Part shown: positions 41,387-51,338 of the stretch, piece by piece
Layout: the number at the start of each line of letters is the position of its first letter
Numbering within the stretch: position 1 is the stretch's first letter
NCBI GenBank assembly: GCA_963805855.1
Contig: CAWDVW010000006.1
Location: 270,621 to 334,620, forward strand
Length of the DNA: 64,000 nucleotides
From: Candidatus Dadabacteria bacterium
Lineage (GTDB): Bacteria > Desulfobacterota_D > UBA1144 > Nemesobacterales > CSP1-2
Reading direction: 5' to 3'
Position numbers and translations under genes: made by a program
The notes under the pieces: generated by a model
Told to the model about the DNA's origin: nothing
The model's input: the letters and a program-made list of their open reading frames with translations, nothing else
Databases searched by the model: none

Positions 41387-41635
41387 GAACTTACCTCCTA
41401 ATGGTTATGCCTAGTAGAGTTCCTGACTAAAAAAAATAAAACGTGAATATTCTTAATAAAATATTTTCCTATGTCAATAAAAGATTATAATTAATCGTAT
41501 ATCGACCAGAGAAAATGAGATATCTTAATTGCGTTATTTTGAATGTTTGCTTGAAAAAAACATTAACGTGTATAAATTAAGGGGTAATTCGAATTTATTT
41601 AATTCGACCCGACGATTATTTGACTTATATTAACA

Positions 41636-41872
41636 ATGGGAGGGAATGAAAAATTGTCTATAACAATAGCGCCACTTGAAGTAACCCCAAGCCGAGACAT
41701 CAATTTTTTTCCTGGCTTGGATGGAACGGACCAAGTTATCAAAGATAAGAATAAACCGATACAATACTGGGGTATTTATCTTGGCAATGAAACTATATCC
41801 TATACTTCCAGCAAGGATCATGCCGAAAAAACCAAAGAATGGATGGAAAAGTGGCTAAGAAACCAAAATTGA
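41636..41872 (+). CDS. Hypothetical small protein
   Basis: 78-aa ATG ORF filling an otherwise empty interval; no motif recognised. Confidence 0.55.
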   Translation: MGGNEKLSITIAPLEVTPSRDINFFPGLDGTDQVIKDKNKPIQYWGIYLGNETISYTSSKDHAEKTKEWMEKWLRNQN

Positions 41873-42037
41873 TAAGAGTTTTTGGATTGTATAAATGGGT
41901 ATTCGGTCGATATCTAGCCCTGAACGGACTTACAGTTATCTTTGTGGAGAAATTCATACAATACTCACCTAAGATACTGAAGTTAGTAATCTTATAATTA
42001 ATTCCCATAATATTTCTTTCTGTCTTTAAACACTCAG

Positions 42038-42877
42038 ATGAAATTTGGTGCCCATGTCTCAATAGCCGGGGGAATCGAAAAGGCTCCCGAGCGAGCTAAT
42101 AAAGTTGGTTGCGAGTGTTTTCAGATGTTTACCCGGTCCCCCCGAGGCGGGAATCCTCCTCGACTTGACAGGAAAACTGTGGAATCTTTTTTGACAGCGT
42201 GCTCAAGATACGCATTGGCAGATTACTACATTCACACTCCTTATTATATCAATCTTGCCTCAGAAGATAAAAACATAAGAAGCTCTTCCATTGCAATAAT
42301 CAATGAGGAACTCAGAAGGGGGCATTTGATTGGAGCGACTTATGTAATGACCCATATGGGCAGTGCTAAGGAGATGGGAAGTCAGAAAGCAATTCGTAGA
42401 GTTGTAGAGGGATTAAATATTGTTTTGGAGAAGTCAAATTATAAGACTAAGCTCCTTTTGGAAAATTCGGCCGGACAGGGGATGACAATCGGTAAAACTT
42501 TTGGAGAGCTCTATGAGATCCTCCAAAAGGTAGGGAATGCCGAATTGGGGGTTTGCCTAGACACTGCACACCTTTTAGCGGCTGGATACGATATCAGGAC
42601 GAAGAAGGCACTGAACAAGGTCATAAGAGAATTTTCTTCTATGATTGGTTTAGACAGATTAAAACTTTTACATGGTAACGACTCAAAGGTTAGATTAGGC
42701 GGTAAGAAGGATAGACATGAACATGTAGGAGAAGGGTTTATAGGGTTAGCGGGTTTTAGAAACATTGTAAATAATCCCGATTTACAGGCCATAGATCTCA
42801 TAGTTGAGACTCCTCTTGAAAGAATTGAAGATGATATCAGAAACCTGAATAAATTAAGAAAGTTAAAAGGATGTTGA
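42038..42877 (+). CDS. nfo: Endonuclease IV
   Basis: GAHVSIAGG, HTPYYINLAS, LLENSAGQG, CLDTAH, HGNDSK, DRHEH, ETP. Confidence 0.95.
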   Translation: MKFGAHVSIAGGIEKAPERANKVGCECFQMFTRSPRGGNPPRLDRKTVESFLTACSRYALADYYIHTPYYINLASEDKNIRSSSIAIINEELRRGHLIGATYVMTHMGSAKEMGSQKAIRRVVEGLNIVLEKSNYKTKLLLENSAGQGMTIGKTFGELYEILQKVGNAELGVCLDTAHLLAAGYDIRTKKALNKVIREFSSMIGLDRLKLLHGNDSKVRLGGKKDRHEHVGEGFIGLAGFRNIVNNPDLQAIDLIVETPLERIEDDIRNLNKLRKLKGC

Positions 42878-43058
42878 ACTTGCGAATTCCTGTTAGCTTG
42901 CTAGACCGTCTCCGGCGTGATCGACAAATTTGTCCTTTGATATGGGGTAAAGTCCGAAATTGAGCAATCTCACGCCCCTGTTATTTCCTATTCCCAACCG
43001 CTACCGGATAAGAATATTCGAGTACAGGGTTAATCGCAGATCCATCCCTTGGTGTCTT

Positions 43059-43395
43059 TGTCATTCTCGCGGATTGTAAGCGGGAATCCATGCTTTTGCC
43101 TCTGGATCCCCGATTAAAGTCCTCGGGGATGACAAAAAGGCGCGGATCCCCCGATCACTCTTGTCCCCGTATGTCCCTACCGGGGAATTCTCGGGGATGA
43201 CAACAGGGGCTGGGTCCCGACAAGGCCTGTCCCCGCATATTGCCGGTGGGGTTAACTGGGAATCCAGGCTTGCTACTATTCCGTCTTTGCGAGGAGTTTT
43301 ATCCCGAAGCAATCTCATCTTGTTCCCTGTCTGAGATTACTTTGTCCTCTTCGACCCTCCGATATTTCGACGGGCTCACGATTCAGGGCTCCTCA
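43059..43395. repeat. Nested cluster of palindromic repeats
   Basis: TGTCATTCTCGC...GCGGGAATCCA (43059-43090), TGGATCCCCGA...TCGGGGATGACA (43103-43134), a third copy with an inserted hairpin (43144-43202), then a GTCTTTGCGAGG...GAAGCAATCTC / GAGATTACTT pair. Confidence 0.8.
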
Positions 43396-43478
43396 CAGCA
43401 ACTTAAGAGGCTGCTTGTTTATGTGCTGATACCCCGCACTTTCCCCCACGGTTATTCATTTTGGTAACGATATTTGTG

Positions 43479-43508
43479 TTGACACTATTATAGAAGATTA
43501 AGTATCAT
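43479..43508 (+). promoter_or_regulatory. Possible sigma70 promoter of the NDH-2 fusion gene
   Basis: TTGACA, 18 bp spacer, TATCAT, about 40 bp before the ATG. Confidence 0.45.
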
Positions 43509-43550
43509 CTCATCGTTTAAGACTTAAACAAATATTAGAGGATTGCTTCA

Positions 43551-45575
43551 ATGCCTTCCAAGAGGATCGTAATAATCGGAGGAGGCTTTGCCGGCGTAAA
43601 GTGTGCCAAAACCCTGTCTAATCTACTGTCAAGGGAGGAATACGAAATAGTTCTCTTCAACAGTGAAAACTATATGGTTTTTCAACCGCTTTTAGCTGAA
43701 GTTGTAGGAGCGTCAATAAACCCTGATTCGGTAGCCGTTTCGCTTAGGCAGATGTTGCCCGGCGTACTTTGTCGGACTGAGGATATCAATAAAATAAATC
43801 TTGTGAATAATACCGTCGAATACGAAGGTTTGGAAAGCAGAGTTGGTGTGATGAGTTATGATCATCTTGTGATAGCTAGTGGATCGGTTGTGAATCTTGG
43901 TGTTATACCCGGTATGGCTGACCATTCTTTTCCTCTCAAAAATGTGGGTGATGCTATTGCGCTGCGTTACCATATTATGCAACAGATGGAGAATGCGGAG
44001 GTCTGTGACGATCCTGAACTGAGACGTTGGTATCTCTCTTTCATAGTTATAGGTGGAGGCTTCAGCGGAGTAGAGGTTGCTGGAGAGATCAATGATTTGG
44101 TAAGAGAGACCCAGAAATTTTACAAGAATATCAGTCCTGAGGATATCTCAGTGACTATAATACATTCCAGGGATCAGCTTCTTCCCGAGGTAAGCACCAA
44201 GCTTCGTGATTTTGCCAAAGTTAAGATGGAAGAGGCCGGAATTAAGATAGTTTTGAACACCAGAGTATCTTTTGTGACTCCTCAGGGAGTAGGTGTAAGT
44301 GGAGATACGTTAATTCAGGGCGGTACAGCTGTCAGTACAATTGGTAATTCTATTTCTCAATTTTTGGCTAGGCTAGAAGTTCCCAAGGAACGAGGACGTG
44401 TACTTACCGAGCCTGATATGCGAGTCAAAGGATGCACTAACGTATGGGCAATTGGAGACTGCGCTCATATAGTCAATTCCTTTGACGGAAATCCTAGTCC
44501 TCCAACTGGCCAGTTTGCCGAAAGGCAGGGCAGGCAGGCTGCAAATAATATTATTCAGGTTTTAAATGAAAAAGGAACAAAACCGTTTCACTTCAAGCCA
44601 ATCGGTCAGCTGTGTGCAATTGGTGGACATCGCGCGGTCGCTGAGTTATTCGGAATGCATTTTTCAGGTTTTATCGCCTGGTTTATATGGCGGACAGTCT
44701 ACATGCTTAAACTACCTTCGTTGTCCCATAGAGTAAAAGTTGGCTTTGATTGGGCCTGGGACCTTTTTTATTCACGTAATTTAGCCCACCCAAAGGCTGA
44801 TCCTACAGAGCGTATATCGAGGGCTCACTATGAACCCGGAGACTATATTATTATGGAAGGTGACCCTGGGACAAATTTTTTCGTAATATCGAATGGTGAA
44901 GTAGAGGTGGTTAGAGGCGGTAATGGAGGTGAATCACCAGACATCCTAGCCGTTCTGGGTCCGGGTGATTTTTTTGGGGAAATGGCGTTGATTGATAATC
45001 GTCCTCGCAACGCAAGCATACGTGCACGAACTCCCGTCGAGGTGCTTGTAATGGGAAGAAACGTTTTTCAACAAATTTCGAGCGCACTGGCCCCTTTTCG
45101 TGAAATTCTTGCCGATGCCGTGAAAAGAAGGAGCGGAGATCTCTGGCAAAAATTTCCATTAGCATTTAAAATTCTGGATAACCAGCCGTTTTCTTCGTTT
45201 ATTGAACCTGTGATTGCGCAACTGAGCACCGATAATACATTTGAAGATGCGCTTAATCTACTAATTGAAAAGCCTCTGGAATATTGTTGCGTTGTTGATG
45301 ATGATAGCATATTGAAAGGTATTTTAACCAGGACAGATTTTGGGCGCGCTGTGGACTCCGGGGTTAAACGTCATACCAGAGTGGTTGAATTTATGAAGTC
45401 AGATCCAATCATAGTCACAGTAGATGACGACACTCCTACAGTTGCCGCAACCATGAGACTTCACGGTATCAAATGGATGCCGGTCGTTGAAGATCTCGTT
45501 ACTAAAAAAATAAAGGGTTATGTTAGAATGGATACAATTATGAAATTTGTCCTCCAGCATTTGCCCCAACAGTAG
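43551..45575 (+). CDS. Type II NADH dehydrogenase fused to cNMP-binding and CBS-pair domains
   Basis: GGGFAG and GGGFSGVE dinucleotide motifs, FQPLLAEV, WAIGDCA; then GDFFGEMALIDNRPRNASIRA (cNMP); then GILTRTD and MPVVED (CBS). Confidence 0.9.
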   Translation: MPSKRIVIIGGGFAGVKCAKTLSNLLSREEYEIVLFNSENYMVFQPLLAEVVGASINPDSVAVSLRQMLPGVLCRTEDINKINLVNNTVEYEGLESRVGVMSYDHLVIASGSVVNLGVIPGMADHSFPLKNVGDAIALRYHIMQQMENAEVCDDPELRRWYLSFIVIGGGFSGVEVAGEINDLVRETQKFYKNISPEDISVTIIHSRDQLLPEVSTKLRDFAKVKMEEAGIKIVLNTRVSFVTPQGVGVSGDTLIQGGTAVSTIGNSISQFLARLEVPKERGRVLTEPDMRVKGCTNVWAIGDCAHIVNSFDGNPSPPTGQFAERQGRQAANNIIQVLNEKGTKPFHFKPIGQLCAIGGHRAVAELFGMHFSGFIAWFIWRTVYMLKLPSLSHRVKVGFDWAWDLFYSRNLAHPKADPTERISRAHYEPGDYIIMEGDPGTNFFVISNGEVEVVRGGNGGESPDILAVLGPGDFFGEMALIDNRPRNASIRARTPVEVLVMGRNVFQQISSALAPFREILADAVKRRSGDLWQKFPLAFKILDNQPFSSFIEPVIAQLSTDNTFEDALNLLIEKPLEYCCVVDDDSILKGILTRTDFGRAVDSGVKRHTRVVEFMKSDPIIVTVDDDTPTVAATMRLHGIKWMPVVEDLVTKKIKGYVRMDTIMKFVLQHLPQQ

Positions 45576-45666
45576 TTGGCTATTTTGAAATGTTTTCTTG
45601 CATTAACACGTTGCATCGGTAAAATAATATTTTAAATTCGGATGTTATGAATCAAGGAGGTAGTAG

Positions 45667-46344
45667 ATGAATAGAACTCTTCTAATAACTTCAGTGTCAT
45701 TGGTAGTCTTGATCTTGTGTTGGTCGAATGTTCAGGCAAAAGCTTCAAATTTAACTGTGAGTGAGTTCAGGCAGCTATACGATAGTTTGCTAGCAGGGAA
45801 GACGCTTGTAAGTGAGGTAAAGAAGGATGGAACGGATGTTAGAAAAGAAAGGATTTTTGGGAGAGCTATTGATATTGACGACGGTCAATTTGAACTACCT
45901 GTAAAGATACTAATCACAACCAGCAAGAATGGGGAAATTCAACAAAAGATTGCAATTGATGTTTGGGACGTGGTACATAATTTGGGTGGTTCTGCTATTA
46001 TATCTGAACAGGTTAGGAAGACTTCTATTGAAAATAAGGGACAAGAGACATTTACGACCCGTGACGTAGAATTCCAAGGTGATTTTCACGTTTCCAAAAA
46101 TGATAAAGGCGGTTTTGATGTTCACAGTTTTGGATTGCAACCATCCGTTCTGGCAAAAGATGGTAAGATGAGCCTGGCTGGGAACATGGTGTCAAACTCA
46201 TGTTTTCCTGAGAATGGTGTTACTAAATGTGTGTTAACTATTCGAGATTACGTGTTAGGTGACTATAAGTCGTTGGAAGGATTTACCCTTGTTGGACCGG
46301 CGGGCGGCGACGTTGTAGAAGTCGCAGTAGAGGCTAAGCACTAA
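45667..46344 (+). CDS. Secreted hypothetical protein
   Basis: AAGGAGG RBS, signal peptide ending VQA, beta-rich sequence with a Cys pair. Confidence 0.75.
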   Translation: MNRTLLITSVSLVVLILCWSNVQAKASNLTVSEFRQLYDSLLAGKTLVSEVKKDGTDVRKERIFGRAIDIDDGQFELPVKILITTSKNGEIQQKIAIDVWDVVHNLGGSAIISEQVRKTSIENKGQETFTTRDVEFQGDFHVSKNDKGGFDVHSFGLQPSVLAKDGKMSLAGNMVSNSCFPENGVTKCVLTIRDYVLGDYKSLEGFTLVGPAGGDVVEVAVEAKH

Positions 46345-46435
46345 ATCGAGGTTGGATGTTCAATTAGTGGAAACTCCAATCGCTTGGCATTGAATATCAT
46401 AAGGATCTCAAATAAAAATTAGGAGGTTAATTTAG

Positions 46436-46813
46436 ATGACAAAAGTAATATTTGCCTTTTCAATCATGGTCATGTTAGCGTCATGTGCTACTTATAGTCC
46501 CGTAGTTGACCCCCAGTCTGTACGAAATGATGATAAATATTATCAGGATCGTGCAGAATGTCGCGAATTAGCTAAGGCTAACACAAGTACTACGAAATCG
46601 GTGGCGAAAGATGCATTAATTGGAGGCGCGGTCGGAGCAGGCACCGGATCATTAATTGGAGTAATTGCTGGTGATACTGTCAAGGGTCTAGCCCTTGGTT
46701 CGGTTATAGGCGGTGTAGCCGGTGGAGCTAAGGGAGTGTACGAAGGTAATAAAGGTTATGAACAAATTTATAGAAATTGCATGACGGGGAGGGGGTATAG
46801 CGTTCTTAATTAA
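46436..46813 (+). CDS. Glycine-zipper lipoprotein
   Basis: Lipobox LASC, GxxxG repeats, C-terminal CMTGRGY. Confidence 0.85.
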   Translation: MTKVIFAFSIMVMLASCATYSPVVDPQSVRNDDKYYQDRAECRELAKANTSTTKSVAKDALIGGAVGAGTGSLIGVIAGDTVKGLALGSVIGGVAGGAKGVYEGNKGYEQIYRNCMTGRGYSVLN

Positions 46814-46919
46814 AAGAAGGGTTACTGGGGTCTGGGAAATTGGGAAAACATAAGTCTTTGGTCTAAATCTAAAACAAAACTGTGCCCTTGTGTTGATTCT
46901 CGAATGCAGACTTTATTGG

Positions 46920-47345
46920 TTACCAGGGTGAACCCCATGGGTCAGTTTGTTTTAGCGGTATAGTCGAGCGTCTCTGTTGTTCCTTAATTTCTACTATTAA
47001 AATCCTTGCGTCAGACTTTCCAACATTTTGAATCGAGTTTGTCACCGGGCCAAGCCAAAAGGCCTCTCCGGCCTTCGCATCGACTTCGGTAATGGTACCA
47101 TCGGGAGCCACGGCCTTTAGCTTTACAGGTGTAAGAGTATATGCCAACCGAGTTGGGTGGGAATGCATTCCATCGATTTGCCCCGGCTTAGATTGATATT
47201 CAAGCACCCGGACTTGATCGTTATCCAGAATTAGTTTATAGACATCTGGTGAAACCTGCACAGGATCTTGAGCCATCGCTGTACATAACGTGAGAAGCAG
47301 ACTACAGATCGTCAACAGTGTAAAAAAATAAGTGTGCCTTGGCAC
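46920..47345 (-). CDS. Secreted cupin-domain protein
   Basis: Signal peptide, DPVQVSPDVYKLILDNDQVRVL, MHSHP, NVGKSDARILIVEIK. Confidence 0.8.
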   Translation of the reverse strand: MPRHTYFFTLLTICSLLLTLCTAMAQDPVQVSPDVYKLILDNDQVRVLEYQSKPGQIDGMHSHPTRLAYTLTPVKLKAVAPDGTITEVDAKAGEAFWLGPVTNSIQNVGKSDARILIVEIKEQQRRSTIPLKQTDPWGSPW

Positions 47346-47532
47346 TTCTTTTCCTCCTGCATTTCTTCTGGATTATTAATATGGTTAAGGGCTAAAATAA
47401 TAATTGAATTTCTTACAAGTGTCCACATTAAAATAGTGAATCTACCATTTCTCGAATGATTAGGGGTGCTAGTTTAGATGCTCCGTTTAATTCTTGGCAA
47501 ATGGACTTTGGATGAGTCAGTTTTCCAATTTA

Positions 47533-48114
47533 TTATTCGATTTGTTCTTGTTCTTTTTCAGTCGTAATCCTGTCATGATATTTAGCGGGGATTGAACCGA
47601 GGTCGTTTGTTACCTGTATTACACCGTTGTCATCCACCCACTTGTAGATAGGCCCTTTTTTTGCCCCGGTTGAAGGGGCTGAAATAGAAATTGATTCTTG
47701 AGAGCTTAGCGTATCTTCAAGGGGAACCTTATTTGTTACATCGTCAACATTCTCTTGGCTCTGCATTTGTTCCTGCATAGGGGGATTAACTTGAAGATTG
47801 CTGGGCCTCTCCGTGCTCTTTCCAAATGTTGAACCTCCTCCTTCAGTTCCGAGTGTGGACATTCCAAACGGATTTAAGTTTTCATCAGGCCAGTAGTAAT
47901 ACCAAGGCGCGTCCGATTCTCCCTGGATGACTGCGGGTTGTTGCGAACCACCTGTAGGCGGCTGGTTGCCTGCAGAGCCGCCATCCGGTGCGCCCCCCGT
48001 CGATTGTGATAACACGTATCCTGAGAGCGAAAAATATAAGGCCGCAATTATAAGAAGACTTGCTAAGAATGACTTTATCGTCCCAAGTCGTACCATATCT
48101 AATAATATAAACAA
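47533..48114 (-). CDS. Exported protein with C-terminal DUF4124-like domain
   Basis: Hydrophobic N-terminus, low-complexity linker, IYKWVDDNGVIQVTND...IPAKY. Confidence 0.75.
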   Translation of the reverse strand: MFILLDMVRLGTIKSFLASLLIIAALYFSLSGYVLSQSTGGAPDGGSAGNQPPTGGSQQPAVIQGESDAPWYYYWPDENLNPFGMSTLGTEGGGSTFGKSTERPSNLQVNPPMQEQMQSQENVDDVTNKVPLEDTLSSQESISISAPSTGAKKGPIYKWVDDNGVIQVTNDLGSIPAKYHDRITTEKEQEQIE

Positions 48115-48161
48115 GAAATGTTCAATTTAAAATCCGCATGCGATTTAGATTTTCGATATTA

Positions 48162-51100
48162 TCAGGTGGAAGACGGAATTTTGAAAAAGATTGTAAACAG
48201 TACAGGTACAATAATGAGGGTAAGCATAGTTGCGAAAAGCAATCCGAACATGATCGTCACCGCCATAGAGACGAAGAAAGCATCCTGTAGAAGAGGTATC
48301 ATGCCGAGTATTGTCGTCAACGCTGCCATCATCACTGGACGCATACGATTAACACCCGAGTCTACAACCGCCCAGTATTTTTCTTTGCCCTCCCTGATCT
48401 CAGTATCTATTTGATCAATTAGGACAATTGCATTTTTTATAAGCATTCCAGATAGGCTGAGCATTCCAAGGAGTGCCATGAATCCGAAGGGTTGCTTAAA
48501 GATCAATAGCCCGACCGTCACACCGATGATAGCCAGCGGTACGGTAAGCCATATGATCAGGGGTTGTCGGACGGCGTTAAAGAGAAAGATAACTATGAGA
48601 ACCATCATACCTATGAATACCGGGATGGTCGATTTAAGGGACGCTTGCGCTCTTGCCGAGTCCTCTGCTTCACCTCCCCACGCGATGTAGTACCCCTGCA
48701 TACCCATGAGAGGTAACTGGTCTGACTCTCTTATTGGTATAACCTCATGATTAAAATCTTCGAATGGGTCATCTTCGGGACCAAAATCGGTCCCCGTGAT
48801 CTTTCCAACGTCTACCTTAAGAGCCTTTTCTATCTGTGGCTTTACACGCGCCAAAAGTTCACTGGGAAGTTCAGATTTCGGGTCGGCATGTATCTTGATC
48901 ATCGTTACCCTGTTTCTTCTACCTATGTTGGCGTCTTCGGTCTCAGTATTGAATCCGGAAAGGACCTGGCCCATGGGAATCATACGCTGAGCAGCAGGAC
49001 TCCAGATTTGAATGTTTTGCATGGAACTGGCATTTAGACGCGATGGTTCAGGCGCCCGGGCTATTATGGGAAGGAGTTCGTTCTCAAAACTGCTTTTGTC
49101 TCTGTAGACGCCTGTCGTTGTGCCGGAGAATGATTCTTCAATCGCTTTTGCGAGATTCCGTCGCGTTATTCCGAGCTGCCTTGCTTGAGCATCCTCGAGT
49201 TGTGGACGCACGACTTTAATCTTTTCCTTCCACTCGTCGCGGACGGCCTTAGCGCCCGGATCCGCCCGTAGTATATCCTTCGCCTTCGTGGCAAGCTGAC
49301 GCAGTACGGTGCGGTCAGGCCCACTAATACGAAGCTGAATTTTGCCCCCCTCTCCGGGGCCGAGTAGAAATTTTCTCACATTGACGACAGCATTGGGCAA
49401 GATCTCGTCCAGCCGTTGCTGTACTTGGTGATAGACTTTGTCAATCACTTTGTAGTTATCAACTGAAACAAGTATCACTCCGTAACTACTAGACGGCTTA
49501 CCCGGAACATATGTCAGGAGAAACCGTGGGTCGCCTCCGCCAACCGCTGTGATGACATGTGTCACGCCATTTACTCCTGACAAGTACTTCTCTGCTTTTT
49601 CCAATTCCCTAGCGGTGTCTTTAGTATTGGTACCCTCCGGGAAATATGTCTCTATAAATAACTGGGGTCGCGTAGAATTGGGGAAAAACATTTGTTTAAT
49701 GAAGCCAAAGCCGTAGAGTGAGAGGAGGAATACGCCAACGACTATCGCTATCGTTACCCATCGATATCTGATAGCGGTAATTAGACCTCCTTTATATGTT
49801 TGAAAGATTTTGCCACCGTAAGGGTCCTCAGCATCCGTAGCATTTGCCTTGTCCTTTCCTTTTAGGAACATCTTGCACAGGAGTGGAGTGGTCGTGACAG
49901 CAGTAACCCAGCTGAGCATAAGTGAGATCAAAATTACCTGAAACAACGAGCGGCAATATTCGCCAGTGCTGTCTTTGGAGGTCCCAATAGAGGCAAACGC
50001 CAGAACTGCGACTACTGTAGCACCGAGGAGTGGTAACGCCGTTTGTCCTACGACATCACTTGCGGCTTTGACACGGTCTGCCCCTTGTTCTATCTTAACC
50101 TTCATCCCCTCTACCACTACTATTGCATTATCGACCAGCATGCCGAGAGCAATGATCAAGGCTCCAAGGGAGATCCGTTCAAGTGTAATATTCCAGAGGC
50201 CCATGAACAGGAACGTTCCGCATATCGTGATAAATAAAACAGCGCCAATAATAAGGCTGCTACGAAGTCCCATAAAGATCAGGAGAACAACTATAACGAT
50301 GATCACGGCCTCTATAAGGTTTATTACAAAATTATTTATTGCCTTTACAACAGATTCTGATTGTAGTGAGATTACCTCCAGTTCCATCCCGAGAGGTGCC
50401 AACGGTCTTAATTCCTCGAGCTTCTTGTCTATCTCCTCACCCATCTGAACTACATTTCCACCCAGCACCGTCGAAATAGCAAGACCAATCGTGGGCTTAC
50501 CGTCATATCTCAGTATGGTACTTGGCGGATCTTTGTAATCGCGCCGGATAGTTGCAACATCCCCCAGATAAACGAGGCTATCTCCGCCGTGGCTGCTTAT
50601 GAGCAAACCCTCAAAATCCTTTTCAGATTTAAACTCGCCCGTTGGGTTTATTGGTATCAGTTCTGGACCAAGTTCGAGTCTTCCGGCATCCACAGGCAGA
50701 TTTTTTCCTCTGAGGGCGTTGTATATGTCTTCCTGTGAAATCTCCAATGCGGCCATTTTTGGTCTGGACATCTCTACATAGACCGTTTCCGGCTGTTGAC
50801 CATACAGAACAATTTTCTTAACATCCTTAACCAAAAGCAACTCGCGTTTGAGAAGATCTGCGAAGTCTTTCAGGTCTGCATAGGAGTACCCTTCGCCAGT
50901 GATAGCCAGATAAACCCCGTATACATCCCCGTAGTCGTCGTTTACTATGGATGGGCCTGCCCCTGGCGGTAGCTGGCTCTGATAGTCATTAACCTTACGT
51001 CTGAGCTCATCCCATACTTGCGGAAGTAAATTTTTATCGTATTGATCCTTGATCGTTGCCTTTACGATAGATACTCCGCGTGAAGATGTTGATTCCTCTC

Positions 51101-51335
51101 TCTTAAGCTGCCCGAGCTCCTGAACTGCTTTTTCAATTACGTTAGTTACCTCTTTTTCTACTTCAGCCGCGCTTGCACCGGGGTAGGGTGTCGTGATTAC
51201 GGCTTCTTTTATCGTAAATTCGGGATCCTCCAGGCGAGAGAGATTCTTGAATGACCTAATTCCCGCGATCAGGAGAACCAGGGTTAGGGAAATGGTGATA
51301 ACGTTCTTTTTTATGGAGAATTCGGCTATATTCAT
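48162..51335 (-). CDS. RND efflux permease (AcrB/AcrD/AcrF family)
   Basis: 1057 aa; EDPEFTIK, YPGAS, LGMLVDNAIVVVE, KNAIVL, RMRPVMM..LTTILG. Confidence 0.95.
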   Translation of the reverse strand: MNIAEFSIKKNVITISLTLVLLIAGIRSFKNLSRLEDPEFTIKEAVITTPYPGASAAEVEKEVTNVIEKAVQELGQLKREESTSSRGVSIVKATIKDQYDKNLLPQVWDELRRKVNDYQSQLPPGAGPSIVNDDYGDVYGVYLAITGEGYSYADLKDFADLLKRELLLVKDVKKIVLYGQQPETVYVEMSRPKMAALEISQEDIYNALRGKNLPVDAGRLELGPELIPINPTGEFKSEKDFEGLLISSHGGDSLVYLGDVATIRRDYKDPPSTILRYDGKPTIGLAISTVLGGNVVQMGEEIDKKLEELRPLAPLGMELEVISLQSESVVKAINNFVINLIEAVIIVIVVLLIFMGLRSSLIIGAVLFITICGTFLFMGLWNITLERISLGALIIALGMLVDNAIVVVEGMKVKIEQGADRVKAASDVVGQTALPLLGATVVAVLAFASIGTSKDSTGEYCRSLFQVILISLMLSWVTAVTTTPLLCKMFLKGKDKANATDAEDPYGGKIFQTYKGGLITAIRYRWVTIAIVVGVFLLSLYGFGFIKQMFFPNSTRPQLFIETYFPEGTNTKDTARELEKAEKYLSGVNGVTHVITAVGGGDPRFLLTYVPGKPSSSYGVILVSVDNYKVIDKVYHQVQQRLDEILPNAVVNVRKFLLGPGEGGKIQLRISGPDRTVLRQLATKAKDILRADPGAKAVRDEWKEKIKVVRPQLEDAQARQLGITRRNLAKAIEESFSGTTTGVYRDKSSFENELLPIIARAPEPSRLNASSMQNIQIWSPAAQRMIPMGQVLSGFNTETEDANIGRRNRVTMIKIHADPKSELPSELLARVKPQIEKALKVDVGKITGTDFGPEDDPFEDFNHEVIPIRESDQLPLMGMQGYYIAWGGEAEDSARAQASLKSTIPVFIGMMVLIVIFLFNAVRQPLIIWLTVPLAIIGVTVGLLIFKQPFGFMALLGMLSLSGMLIKNAIVLIDQIDTEIREGKEKYWAVVDSGVNRMRPVMMAALTTILGMIPLLQDAFFVSMAVTIMFGLLFATMLTLIIVPVLFTIFFKIPSST

Positions 51336-51338
51336 TCA

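Noticed and set aside
43061-43467. ORFs 43061-43318 and 43240-43467
   Set aside because: They are translations of the repeat cluster.
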